A DNA stretch of 64,000 nucleotides from contig JAYUFZ010000006.1 of assembly GCA_043767845.1 (NCBI GenBank), positions 6,726 through 70,725 of the forward strand. The letters run 5' to 3'. Below are positions 56,796-64,000 of this stretch, piece by piece. The stretch is from a bacterium (GTDB lineage: Bacteria > Patescibacteriota > Saccharimonadia > UBA4664 > JBBRNT01). The notes beneath the pieces were generated by a model, which was not told the DNA's origin, did no database searches, and was given only the letters and a program-made list of their open reading frames with translations. Within the stretch, counting starts at the first letter, position 1. Each line of letters begins with the position of its first letter. Position numbers and translations under genes: made by a program.

Positions 56796-57904
56796 TGGGA
56801 AAAATCATGAACAAACAGATAGAACTCAAAAGAAAAATCTCCCAAATCGTTCTTGTCGCGATGACGCTCGCTATGCTGCCGGTCACCAATGCTTCTGCCG
56901 CCCAGATTACTGCCCGTAAACTGACGCTTGGTTCCTCGGCCTCGGCGACAGCTACTACCTATAATTTCGTGTTCACACTGCCAACAGCTACAGCCGTCAA
57001 GTCAGCGCGCTTCCAGGTTTGCTCCACGGCATCTGGCTCTTGTACTGTGCCTAATCTCTGGGCCAATACAGGCGCAACGCTTGGTAGTTTTACCAATATT
57101 GGTACCGGCTTTACTGTCGACCTGGCATCGAATGCTGACAGCTTAGGTATGACAAGCGCGGCTAACTCAACGGCACCGACGTCGCCCGTAACCGTGCAAT
57201 TCAATAATGTGACCAACCCTACTCTAACCACGCAGCCATTTAGCTTCTATGTACGGATTGCTACGTATTCATCTAATACCTATACCGGAGCGCTCGATAC
57301 TGGTGTAGTTGCGGCAGCTATCGTAAATCAGATCACGCTTACTGGTACCATGCCTGAGTCGCTCATCTTCTGTACGGGCGGCACAGTGACAGGCACTGAT
57401 TGCTCGACGGCTACGAGCGGTGCCGTGTCGTTCAACCAGTTCTTTTCACCCACAACTACCGCGACCGCGACATCGCAAATGGTTGCTTCGACTAATGCTG
57501 GTACGGGATATGTCATTACCGTGAGCGGTGCGACGATGACCTCCGGTGGTAGCACGATTACCGCCATGAGCTCATCGACAACATCTGTCATTGGTACGAG
57601 ACAATTCGGTCTCAATCTAGTCAGCAATGCTACGCCAGCAATTGGAGCCGCAGTAACCCCTGCCTCAAGCGCATCCGGCGGATCAACGCTACAAGCTAAT
57701 CCCGCTACCGGTTACGGGGCTGCCGACAACTTTAAGTTCCTAACTGGAGATACAGTAGCCAACTCGGACTTCCAAACTGGTGGCACAAATCGCGCCAGCG
57801 ACGCGCAGAATTATACTGTTTCCTACATAGTAAATGTAAATGGTAGTTTAGCCGCAGGCGTATACACGACGACGCTGTCTTACATCTGTACTGCCACATT
57901 CTAG
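56795..57904 (+). CDS. secreted SCPU/Csu-pilin-like two-domain protein, paralog P2 (type B)
   Basis: ATG 56795 overlaps the P1 stop (TAATG); alternatives are TTG 56777 and ATG 56807. Mature N-terminus AAQITARKLTLGSS, C-x6-C and C-x9-C pairs, QFGLNLV, C-terminus AAGVYTTTLSYICTATF. About 80% identical to P3. Confidence 0.7.
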   Translation: MGKIMNKQIELKRKISQIVLVAMTLAMLPVTNASAAQITARKLTLGSSASATATTYNFVFTLPTATAVKSARFQVCSTASGSCTVPNLWANTGATLGSFTNIGTGFTVDLASNADSLGMTSAANSTAPTSPVTVQFNNVTNPTLTTQPFSFYVRIATYSSNTYTGALDTGVVAAAIVNQITLTGTMPESLIFCTGGTVTGTDCSTATSGAVSFNQFFSPTTTATATSQMVASTNAGTGYVITVSGATMTSGGSTITAMSSSTTSVIGTRQFGLNLVSNATPAIGAAVTPASSASGGSTLQANPATGYGAADNFKFLTGDTVANSDFQTGGTNRASDAQNYTVSYIVNVNGSLAAGVYTTTLSYICTATF

Positions 57905-57996
57905 TCGAGCCTGATAGCGCCCTTTCAACAAAAAAGTAAATAAGTGTAAAAATCAGCTTGAAAAAGTTGTTGACATGATAATGCTAATGCTGCACA

Positions 57997-59151
57997 ATGG
58001 CATCAAGTACACAAAAAACAAAAGAACGAGCAAAACAAATGTACAAACAGAAGTCCACTAAAATACAACAGCTACAAGTTCGAATAGCCCAGATAGTTGT
58101 TATTGTCTTGGGCTTTAGTCTGTTGCCGTTATCCACGGCTCAAGCTGCGCAAATTACTGCTCGTAAACTAACGCTCGGTTCGTCCGCATCTGCCGCAGCA
58201 ACAACCTATAGTTTCCAATATACCCTGCCGACAGGCACGGCGGTTAAATCGGTGCGCTACCAGTTTTGTACACTTGCATCTGGTGCCTGCACAGTTCCTG
58301 GATCGTGGGTAAATACTGGCGCTACCCTCACAAGCTTTACCAATATCGGGACTGGCTTCGCTGTGGACTTAGCAACCAACGCCGATAGTCTCGGCATGAC
58401 CAGCGCGGCAAATTCTACAGCTCCGTCGTCCCCAGTGTCCGTACAGTTTAGCAATGTGACAAACCCTACCTCTGTCACTCAACCATTTAGCTTCTATGTA
58501 CGCATCTTCACCTACTCAACAAACACATACACCGGCGCACTTGACAGCGGCGTTGTCGCAGCGGCAATCAATCAACAAATAACTTTGACCGGCACCATGC
58601 CCGAATCACTCGTCTTTTGTACCGGTGCTACCGTCACAGGTACGGACTGTACAACTGCAACCTCTGGAGCAATAAGTTTCGGGACACTCTTCTCTCCAAC
58701 ATCAACATCCGTCACAACGTCGCAAATGGTAGCCTCAACAAATGCCGGGACAGGATATGTTATCACGGTCAACGGCGCGACAATGACATCTGGTGGTAAT
58801 ACCATAGCTGCTATGGGCTCGACTACTACTTCTCAACTCGGCGTCAGCCAGTTCGGTCTCAACCTAGTAGTCAATACTGTACCGTCGGTCGGGACAGCTA
58901 TTGCGCCAACGTCTAGTGCCCTAGGTGGTTCTACGCTTCAAGCTAATCCTTCAAGTAACTACGGCACAGCCGACAACTTCAAATTCACCAGCGGTGACAC
59001 TATAGCCAACTCAGACTTCCAAACTGGTGGTACAAACCGAGCAACAGATGCCCAAAACTATACCATTTCCTACATCGTGAATGTCCCAGGTAGCCAGGGA
59101 GCAGGTACCTATACGACAACCCTGACCTACATTTGTACAGCCACTTTCTAA
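57997..59151 (+). CDS. secreted SCPU/Csu-pilin-like two-domain protein, paralog P3 (type B)
   Basis: Same architecture as P2. A possible promoter (TTGACA -17- CACAAT, 57970-57998) would favour the internal ATG 58039 (MYKQKST...) as the real start. Confidence 0.7.
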   Translation: MASSTQKTKERAKQMYKQKSTKIQQLQVRIAQIVVIVLGFSLLPLSTAQAAQITARKLTLGSSASAAATTYSFQYTLPTGTAVKSVRYQFCTLASGACTVPGSWVNTGATLTSFTNIGTGFAVDLATNADSLGMTSAANSTAPSSPVSVQFSNVTNPTSVTQPFSFYVRIFTYSTNTYTGALDSGVVAAAINQQITLTGTMPESLVFCTGATVTGTDCTTATSGAISFGTLFSPTSTSVTTSQMVASTNAGTGYVITVNGATMTSGGNTIAAMGSTTTSQLGVSQFGLNLVVNTVPSVGTAIAPTSSALGGSTLQANPSSNYGTADNFKFTSGDTIANSDFQTGGTNRATDAQNYTISYIVNVPGSQGAGTYTTTLTYICTATF

Positions 59152-59204
59152 AAGCCAAAACTGTCCACTAAAAGTCCGAAAAACCCCAAAACAAAACGAA
59201 AACA

Positions 59205-60269
59205 ATGAAAACTACAAAATCAAAAATCAATCGAATAGACCGCATCAGGCACATCCTCGCCAAAATATTGATAGCGGCTACTATCATCGGGCTCACCCCC
59301 TTAACTGCCCAAGCTGGTTTCCAACCCAGGTCAGTATTACTCGGTAGTTCAGCTATATCAGTAGTAACGACTCATAGGTTTTCACTCACAGCCATTAATG
59401 GTGGTAGTGTTGGTTCAATCCAGTTTCTGTACTGCACCAGTGCTTCGGGGACTTGCACGACGCCTACTGGACTTTCGACTACCAGCGCGACCTTATCAGC
59501 GCAGTCCGGTGCTACCGGCTTCACCATGACGAATACCACCAATGGCGCACCATATATCACGCGAGCAGCATCAAGTATCACGGCGTCAACACCAATCAGC
59601 TATACGCTGGGTGTCATTACCAACCCATCAACCACCAATACCAGCTTCTTCATCCGCATTTCAACCTTTACTGCTACCAACGCCACGGGTTCGGCACTCG
59701 ATGCCGGTGTCGTGGCGGCCAGCACTGCAGCTCAGGTAGTGGTCAACGCCCATGTCGATGAGATTATCACCTTCTGTGTATACACTGGCGCCAACTGTGC
59801 TGCCGCTGGAGCAACTGTCGACCTAGGTACACTCACACCAACGACGACCGGCGTCGGCGTATCGTACATGGACGCTGGTACCAATGCTGGCAGCGGCTTC
59901 GCAGTCCAATACAACGGTCCGACGCTGACCTCCGGTGGTAACACGATCAGCTCGATCGGAGGCACTGCCACCACCTCGACAGTTGGGCTCGCCCAGTTTG
60001 GTATCAATGCCACTGGTACAAACGCCACTCCAGCCGTGACCGGCTCACAGACTCCGAGTGGTGTTGCGCCAATCGGCAGCGCCGCAACGAACTACGACGT
60101 CGCCGATACCTATGCTTTCGTGGCTAGTACGCCCACAACGCTGGCTACATCAAGCGGGGCCGCTAATACTACGAAGTATTCAGTCTCTTACGTATCAAAC
60201 ATCAACTCCTCCCAGGCCGCCGGTGATTACACGACAACAATTACTTACATCTGCACTGCTACTTTCTAG
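59205..60269 (+). CDS. secreted SCPU/Csu-pilin-like two-domain protein, paralog P4 (type A)
   Basis: Same architecture as P1. C-terminus AAGDYTTTITYICTATF. Confidence 0.7.
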   Translation: MKTTKSKINRIDRIRHILAKILIAATIIGLTPLTAQAGFQPRSVLLGSSAISVVTTHRFSLTAINGGSVGSIQFLYCTSASGTCTTPTGLSTTSATLSAQSGATGFTMTNTTNGAPYITRAASSITASTPISYTLGVITNPSTTNTSFFIRISTFTATNATGSALDAGVVAASTAAQVVVNAHVDEIITFCVYTGANCAAAGATVDLGTLTPTTTGVGVSYMDAGTNAGSGFAVQYNGPTLTSGGNTISSIGGTATTSTVGLAQFGINATGTNATPAVTGSQTPSGVAPIGSAATNYDVADTYAFVASTPTTLATSSGAANTTKYSVSYVSNINSSQAAGDYTTTITYICTATF

Positions 60270-60286
60270 CCCGCAACAAAAACTAG

Positions 60287-60316
60287 TTTACAGGACTAGC
60301 TCTCCACGGCTATAAT
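60287..60316 (+). promoter_or_regulatory. strong sigma70-like promoter (TTTACA -18- TATAAT) giving a near-leaderless transcript
   Basis: -10 TATAAT ends at 60316 and the ATG of the next gene is at 60324. No room for a Shine-Dalgarno sequence. Confidence 0.45.
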
Positions 60317-60323
60317 AGCCTTA

Positions 60324-61349
60324 ATGCTTAAACGTTTTTCCGCACTTACTTTGGTGCTTTGCCAAACAATGCTTTTCGTTATTGCGCCGATAGCCAATGC
60401 CGCAAGTGCTGCTACCAATAGTGGGCAGGGGATAGAGCTTTCTCCGCCAGTTATCGAGATTAAGGCCGATCCTGGCCAGATCGTTACTGGCGAAATTAAG
60501 CTGCGCAATATTACCAAGAACGACCTAATAGCCAAAAGTAAAGTTGACGATTTCGCGGCCAAAGGTGAAGACGGCCAGCCCCAAATCCTGCTTGACGAAA
60601 CGACAACAACTCGCTTTTCACTCAAGACCTGGATCCAGCCAATAGCTAATCTGCGATTAGCTCCCCAGAAGATAGAAACCATCAAGTTCAGTATTAATGT
60701 GCCTCGTAATGCTGAGCCCGGCGGGCATTTTGGCGTCATCCGCTTTACCGCGCAGCCTCCAGAGCTGGAGGGGACCGGGGTGGCACTATCCGCTAGTATA
60801 GGCTCTTTAATTCTGCTCAATGTATCCGGTGACGCCAAGGAGGGGGCTAGTATCGCAAGCTTTAAGGTCGCCCAAATTACGACAGGTTGGGAAAAAGTTA
60901 TCAGGGGTGACGGCGGTCTGGATGTCGGCCTGCAAGACGGTAGCTTTTTCGAGTATGGCCCGGTCCGCTTCACTACGCGTGTCAAAAACGAGGGGAATGT
61001 GCAGGTCAAGCCAGTCGGCACGATAGATGTGTTCAATATTTTCGGTATGAAAGTCGCTAGTCTCAAGATGAACGATCCTGCCCGCAACGTTTTGCCGGAG
61101 AGTATTCGTAAGTTTGACACCGATTGGAAGCAACACTGGCTCATCGGCTACTTCAAGGCCAGGGCCAACCTAACCTATGGTGCCTCAAACAAAGCCCTTA
61201 TTAGCTCGACAGTTGGCTTCTGGGTAGTTCCTTACAAGCTCATTGCATTAATAGTACTCGGCCTCATTCTGCTGCTCATCGTCATGCGTAGCGCCCTACG
61301 TCGTTACAACCGCTACATCATCGCCCAAGCCCGCAAACATCGTCGCTAG
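60324..61349 (+). CDS. signal-peptide protein with Ig/PapD-chaperone-like N-domain and C-terminal TM + Arg-rich tail (DUF916/CscA-like architecture)
   Basis: Signal peptide LVLCQTMLFVIAPIANAASA. The N-terminal pattern GIELSPPVIEIKADPGQIVTGEIKLRN ... WIQPIANLRLAPQKIETIKFSI resembles pilus-chaperone strands. C-terminus LIALIVLGLILLLIVMRSALRRYNRYIIAQARKHRR. Confidence 0.6.
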   Translation: MLKRFSALTLVLCQTMLFVIAPIANAASAATNSGQGIELSPPVIEIKADPGQIVTGEIKLRNITKNDLIAKSKVDDFAAKGEDGQPQILLDETTTTRFSLKTWIQPIANLRLAPQKIETIKFSINVPRNAEPGGHFGVIRFTAQPPELEGTGVALSASIGSLILLNVSGDAKEGASIASFKVAQITTGWEKVIRGDGGLDVGLQDGSFFEYGPVRFTTRVKNEGNVQVKPVGTIDVFNIFGMKVASLKMNDPARNVLPESIRKFDTDWKQHWLIGYFKARANLTYGASNKALISSTVGFWVVPYKLIALIVLGLILLLIVMRSALRRYNRYIIAQARKHRR

Positions 61350-61494
61350 TATAGCCCTGTTTCTGATCTTAATTATTTATGAGTCCTGACTACTCAAGTT
61401 ATTTATAGAAGGGCAAAAGTAGAAATACCAACAATAGGTGATAAGAAAGGTGGTGTGATAGGGCGATATGGGCCAGCCTTTCCAGGTGTACATC

Positions 61495-61527
61495 GATGGG
61501 GCGGTGTGTATCTGATGCCCCATTTCC
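61495..61527 (+). terminator. weak hairpin, possible terminator
   Basis: GATGGGGC-(14-nt loop)-GCCCCATT, followed by only a short T run. Confidence 0.3.
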
Positions 61528-61595
61528 GTCTGCCGTTACCCATTCAAGATTGTTAAGCTTAGTGCTATAATAATTCTAACCAAAAGTAAACAAAA

Positions 61596-62603
61596 ATGGT
61601 TATCCAAACAAAGATCCTACATCACCAGCACAGTGGCAAGCTTAAGCCCCACCGCCACACCTCATACGCGGGGTTATTTTTCATGCTCATGCTCTGCGGT
61701 CTTGCCTTGCTCACAATTACCCAGGCCACTTATGGCGCCCATCCCGACCCTGGCATCGGCACTATCGGTCTTAAGGGTGTTGTCCCCGGCAAAGCACCGA
61801 CTGTGGCGGCCGTTATCAACAGCCCACGCAATGGGACGCGCTTTACTACGATTCCCGTACCGGTGACTGGGACATGCCCACAAAATACCATAGTTGAGAT
61901 ATTCAAAAACGGTATTTTTGCCGGCTCAGATTATTGTAAGGATGATCAAACTTTTTCGATCCAAGTTGACTTGTTGATAGGGGCCAACGACGTTGTGGCT
62001 AAGGTCTTCGATGCCCTCGACCAGGCTGGTCCAGATTCAAACACCATTACTCTGTACTACGATGTGCAGCCGGCGGCGCCATTATTTGTGCTATCAGCGC
62101 CAAATGCTCTACCCGACGATTATCAGCAATTCGTTTTACGTACCAACGCGGTGTACCGTGGCTCATTTGCCGGCGACCCGGTGAAAGTGGTTATTGACGT
62201 TATAGGCGGTATAGCACCATACGCATTAATTATCGACTGGGGTGATGGTAAGACTGACCTCGTAAGCCGCGAAAATAAAGAGAGCTTTACAACTGAGCAT
62301 ATCTTCGGCAAACCGGGTGTCTACCAGGCCATCATCAAGGGAACTGATTCCAAAAATAAAACTGCCTATCTGCAAACCACAATCCTGGTCAATGGCCAAT
62401 CCGACTTGGCCGCCGGCACCACTGTCACTACGACGGCAACGGCAACCAAGAGCTTGCTACTAGCCTGGCCAATGTGGATCCTACTTTTCCTAGTCTTTAT
62501 TAGCTTCTGGCTTGGAGAACGGCACGAAAAAACAGTGCTACGTCGCCGCGGCCAATTGGTGACGGCCAACAGTGGCATGAAAGCTGGTCCCACGAAAGCC
62601 TAA
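61596..62603 (+). CDS. double-anchored extracytoplasmic protein with PKD-like domain
   Basis: Promoter TTCAAG -17- TATAAT at 61543-61571. N-terminal TM, IIDWGDGKTD (PKD WxxGDG-like) segment, Thr-rich stalk, and a C-terminal TM (LLLAWPMWILLFLVFISFWL). Confidence 0.6.
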   Translation: MVIQTKILHHQHSGKLKPHRHTSYAGLFFMLMLCGLALLTITQATYGAHPDPGIGTIGLKGVVPGKAPTVAAVINSPRNGTRFTTIPVPVTGTCPQNTIVEIFKNGIFAGSDYCKDDQTFSIQVDLLIGANDVVAKVFDALDQAGPDSNTITLYYDVQPAAPLFVLSAPNALPDDYQQFVLRTNAVYRGSFAGDPVKVVIDVIGGIAPYALIIDWGDGKTDLVSRENKESFTTEHIFGKPGVYQAIIKGTDSKNKTAYLQTTILVNGQSDLAAGTTVTTTATATKSLLLAWPMWILLFLVFISFWLGERHEKTVLRRRGQLVTANSGMKAGPTKA

Positions 62604-62766
62604 AAAAGAGCCATTTTTCAGATACAAAATGCTTGTGGTCTAGGCACGAAATTGTTATGCTATATGGGTAACAAAGTTAGCGTGGCAAGTGTCTTTTAGC
62701 AAGAGCTTACAAGGTGGTAATACGCAAACTAGTGGAAATGGCCGGTCCCTACGGGTAGGGACACGT

Positions 62767-64000
62767 GTGCTGCTACTAGTGCTTTTTGCTGTAAATTCTT
62801 TTCTCCCATTCGACGCTGTGACAGGCAAGTTCTTCGGCTTTAGCGACGCGCCCACTGCTCAAGCAGCAGCTGGCGTGAACAGCTCGATCAACTTCCAAGC
62901 ACGCTTGCTCAATAGCGCCGGCGCCACCGTCCCAGATGGCCTTTACAACATGCAGTTCAAGATTTACCACGACGGGACAGGCTGTGTGTCGAGCGGCTCG
63001 TCGCCCTGTGGTGGCACCTTGGACTGGACCGAATCATGGCTCAACAACGCCACCAACGGCGTGACTGTACGCAATGGTTATTTCTCGGTCTACCTCGGCT
63101 CGATTACGAGCTTTGGCGGCGCCGTGGACTTCAACCAAGATACCCTCTGGCTATCGATCAATGTTGGTAGCACTAACGGCAGCTGTACGCCATTCACTGG
63201 CTGTTCCGGCGATGGTGAAATGCTCCCCTTCAAGCGTCTAGCAGCCAACGCCTACTCGAATAATTCGGCCCAGCTTGGAGGTCTCGACAAAACCCAATTT
63301 GTGCAGCTCGGCCAGGGTCTGCAGGCCGACACCTCGAACAGCAATGCCTCGATCGCTATCAATAAAACTGGGTCGGCCAACATTCTTGACCTCCAAAAGG
63401 CCGGCTCAACTGTCGCCCTACTCAGTAATACCGGCGCCTTAACGCTCACCAATACGGCTAATTCATCAGCGGCTTTCCAGGTTCAGAATTCAAGCGGACA
63501 AGCAATTTTCAATGTTGATACTACCAACGCCAAGATTGGCACGCCAAACTCCACCGTAGCAACTACCCGTGACCTCAAGATTGCCACTGGTGACGCCTCG
63601 AGCGGCACAAACTTGAGTTCCGGCAACCTTACCATCGATACCGGTACAAAGACGGGTAGTGGAACTGCTGGCTCAATCAGCATTGGCGGCGTAAATGCGC
63701 CACAAATTACTTTCAAGGTGGTCAGTGGCGCCAATTCGACGACAGTCAACTTCACTACGCCGACAGCCACGAACTCGATCAATTTCCCTGACGCTGGTGG
63801 CACGGTTTGTACGACTATTTCAACCACTTGCGGCAGCGTCTATGGCTCGGCTGGGAGTTTCGTGACGCTTCAGGCCAGCACACCGGGAACCGCCCAAACT
63901 GGTAGCTCAAACATAACCGGCACAGCCATTGTCGGCACTAATCTCATAACCCCACTGGCCCAGACTACCGACCAAACCGCCGCCTCCACCAACTCTGCTA
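62767..64000 (+). CDS. giant Thr/Ser/Asn/Gly-rich cell-surface protein, 5' part (runs off the window end)
   Basis: The reading frame stays open from 62644 to the window end (more than 410 codons). Candidate starts are GTG 62689 (MASVFSKSLQ...RVGTR + hydrophobic stretch) or GTG 62767. The sequence has beta-rich repeats typical of large adhesin-like surface proteins. It is absent from the ORF track because it has no stop. Confidence 0.55.
   Translation, partial: MLLLVLFAVNSFLPFDAVTGKFFGFSDAPTAQAAAGVNSSINFQARLLNSAGATVPDGLYNMQFKIYHDGTGCVSSGSSPCGGTLDWTESWLNNATNGVTVRNGYFSVYLGSITSFGGAVDFNQDTLWLSINVGSTNGSCTPFTGCSGDGEMLPFKRLAANAYSNNSAQLGGLDKTQFVQLGQGLQADTSNSNASIAINKTGSANILDLQKAGSTVALLSNTGALTLTNTANSSAAFQVQNSSGQAIFNVDTTNAKIGTPNSTVATTRDLKIATGDASSGTNLSSGNLTIDTGTKTGSGTAGSISIGGVNAPQITFKVVSGANSTTVNFTTPTATNSINFPDAGGTVCTTISTTCGSVYGSAGSFVTLQASTPGTAQTGSSNITGTAIVGTNLITPLAQTTDQTAASTNSA

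Noticed and set aside
56777-56807. TTG 56777 and ATG 56807 as starts for paralog P2.
   Set aside because: ATG 56795 forms a TAATG stop-start overlap with P1, a common coupling arrangement. The other two remain possible.
1-64000. CRISPR arrays, rRNA genes, integrases/transposases, toxin-antitoxin pairs.
   Set aside because: No regularly spaced direct repeats outside coding low-complexity regions. No recombinase-like ORFs, despite the att-like tRNA scars. No recognisable rRNA segments.

Overview
This 64-kb window looks like a chromosomal segment of a moderate-GC bacterium (roughly 50-55% GC by eye). Gene content suggests a monoderm or CPR-like lineage, but that is a guess and I cannot confirm taxonomy. 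Coding density is high and mostly housekeeping: msrA, folD, plsC, a pyk-pgk-tpiA glycolytic operon, pcrA/uvrD, ksgA/rsmA, metG and tatD. There are also three histidine kinases, two of them with adjacent receiver-only response regulators, a MacB/FtsX-type ABC pair, a fused ABC exporter, and many signal-peptide or TM-anchored envelope proteins (metalloproteases, an S53 peptidase, a NodB deacetylase, an RpfB-like transglycosylase, a transglutaminase-like protein). RNA genes are one tRNA-Glu(UUC) and one promoter- and terminator-bounded small RNA that I could not classify. Six regions stand out:
1. A tandem array of five paralogous secreted proteins whose termini and Cys pattern resemble SCPU/Csu archaic pilin domains, followed by a membrane-tethered chaperone-like (DUF916-like) protein, a PKD-like protein and a giant surface protein, with no usher gene. 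This is my best candidate for an undescribed surface-fibre system.
2. A LuxI/FeeM-like protein and a ThiF/E1-like adenylyltransferase, translationally coupled and sitting directly upstream of a 7TM sensor kinase, a receiver and a small membrane peptide.
3. A single-gene, very high-GC foreign lipoprotein cassette with its own promoter and terminator.
4. A tRNA-Glu whose 3' end is duplicated and inverted as att-like scars, followed by an Asn/Gly/Trp-rich amyloid-like secreted protein and a spherulin-4-like protein fused to a pilin-like membrane hairpin.
5. A large anchored protein that carries type-IV-pilin-like globular domains but no prepilin leader.
6. A compound operator-like palindrome and a few small hydrophobic ORFs.
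No CRISPR array, rRNA, integrase or transposase was found. All coordinates and calls come from reading the sequence and the ORF track; no searches were run.
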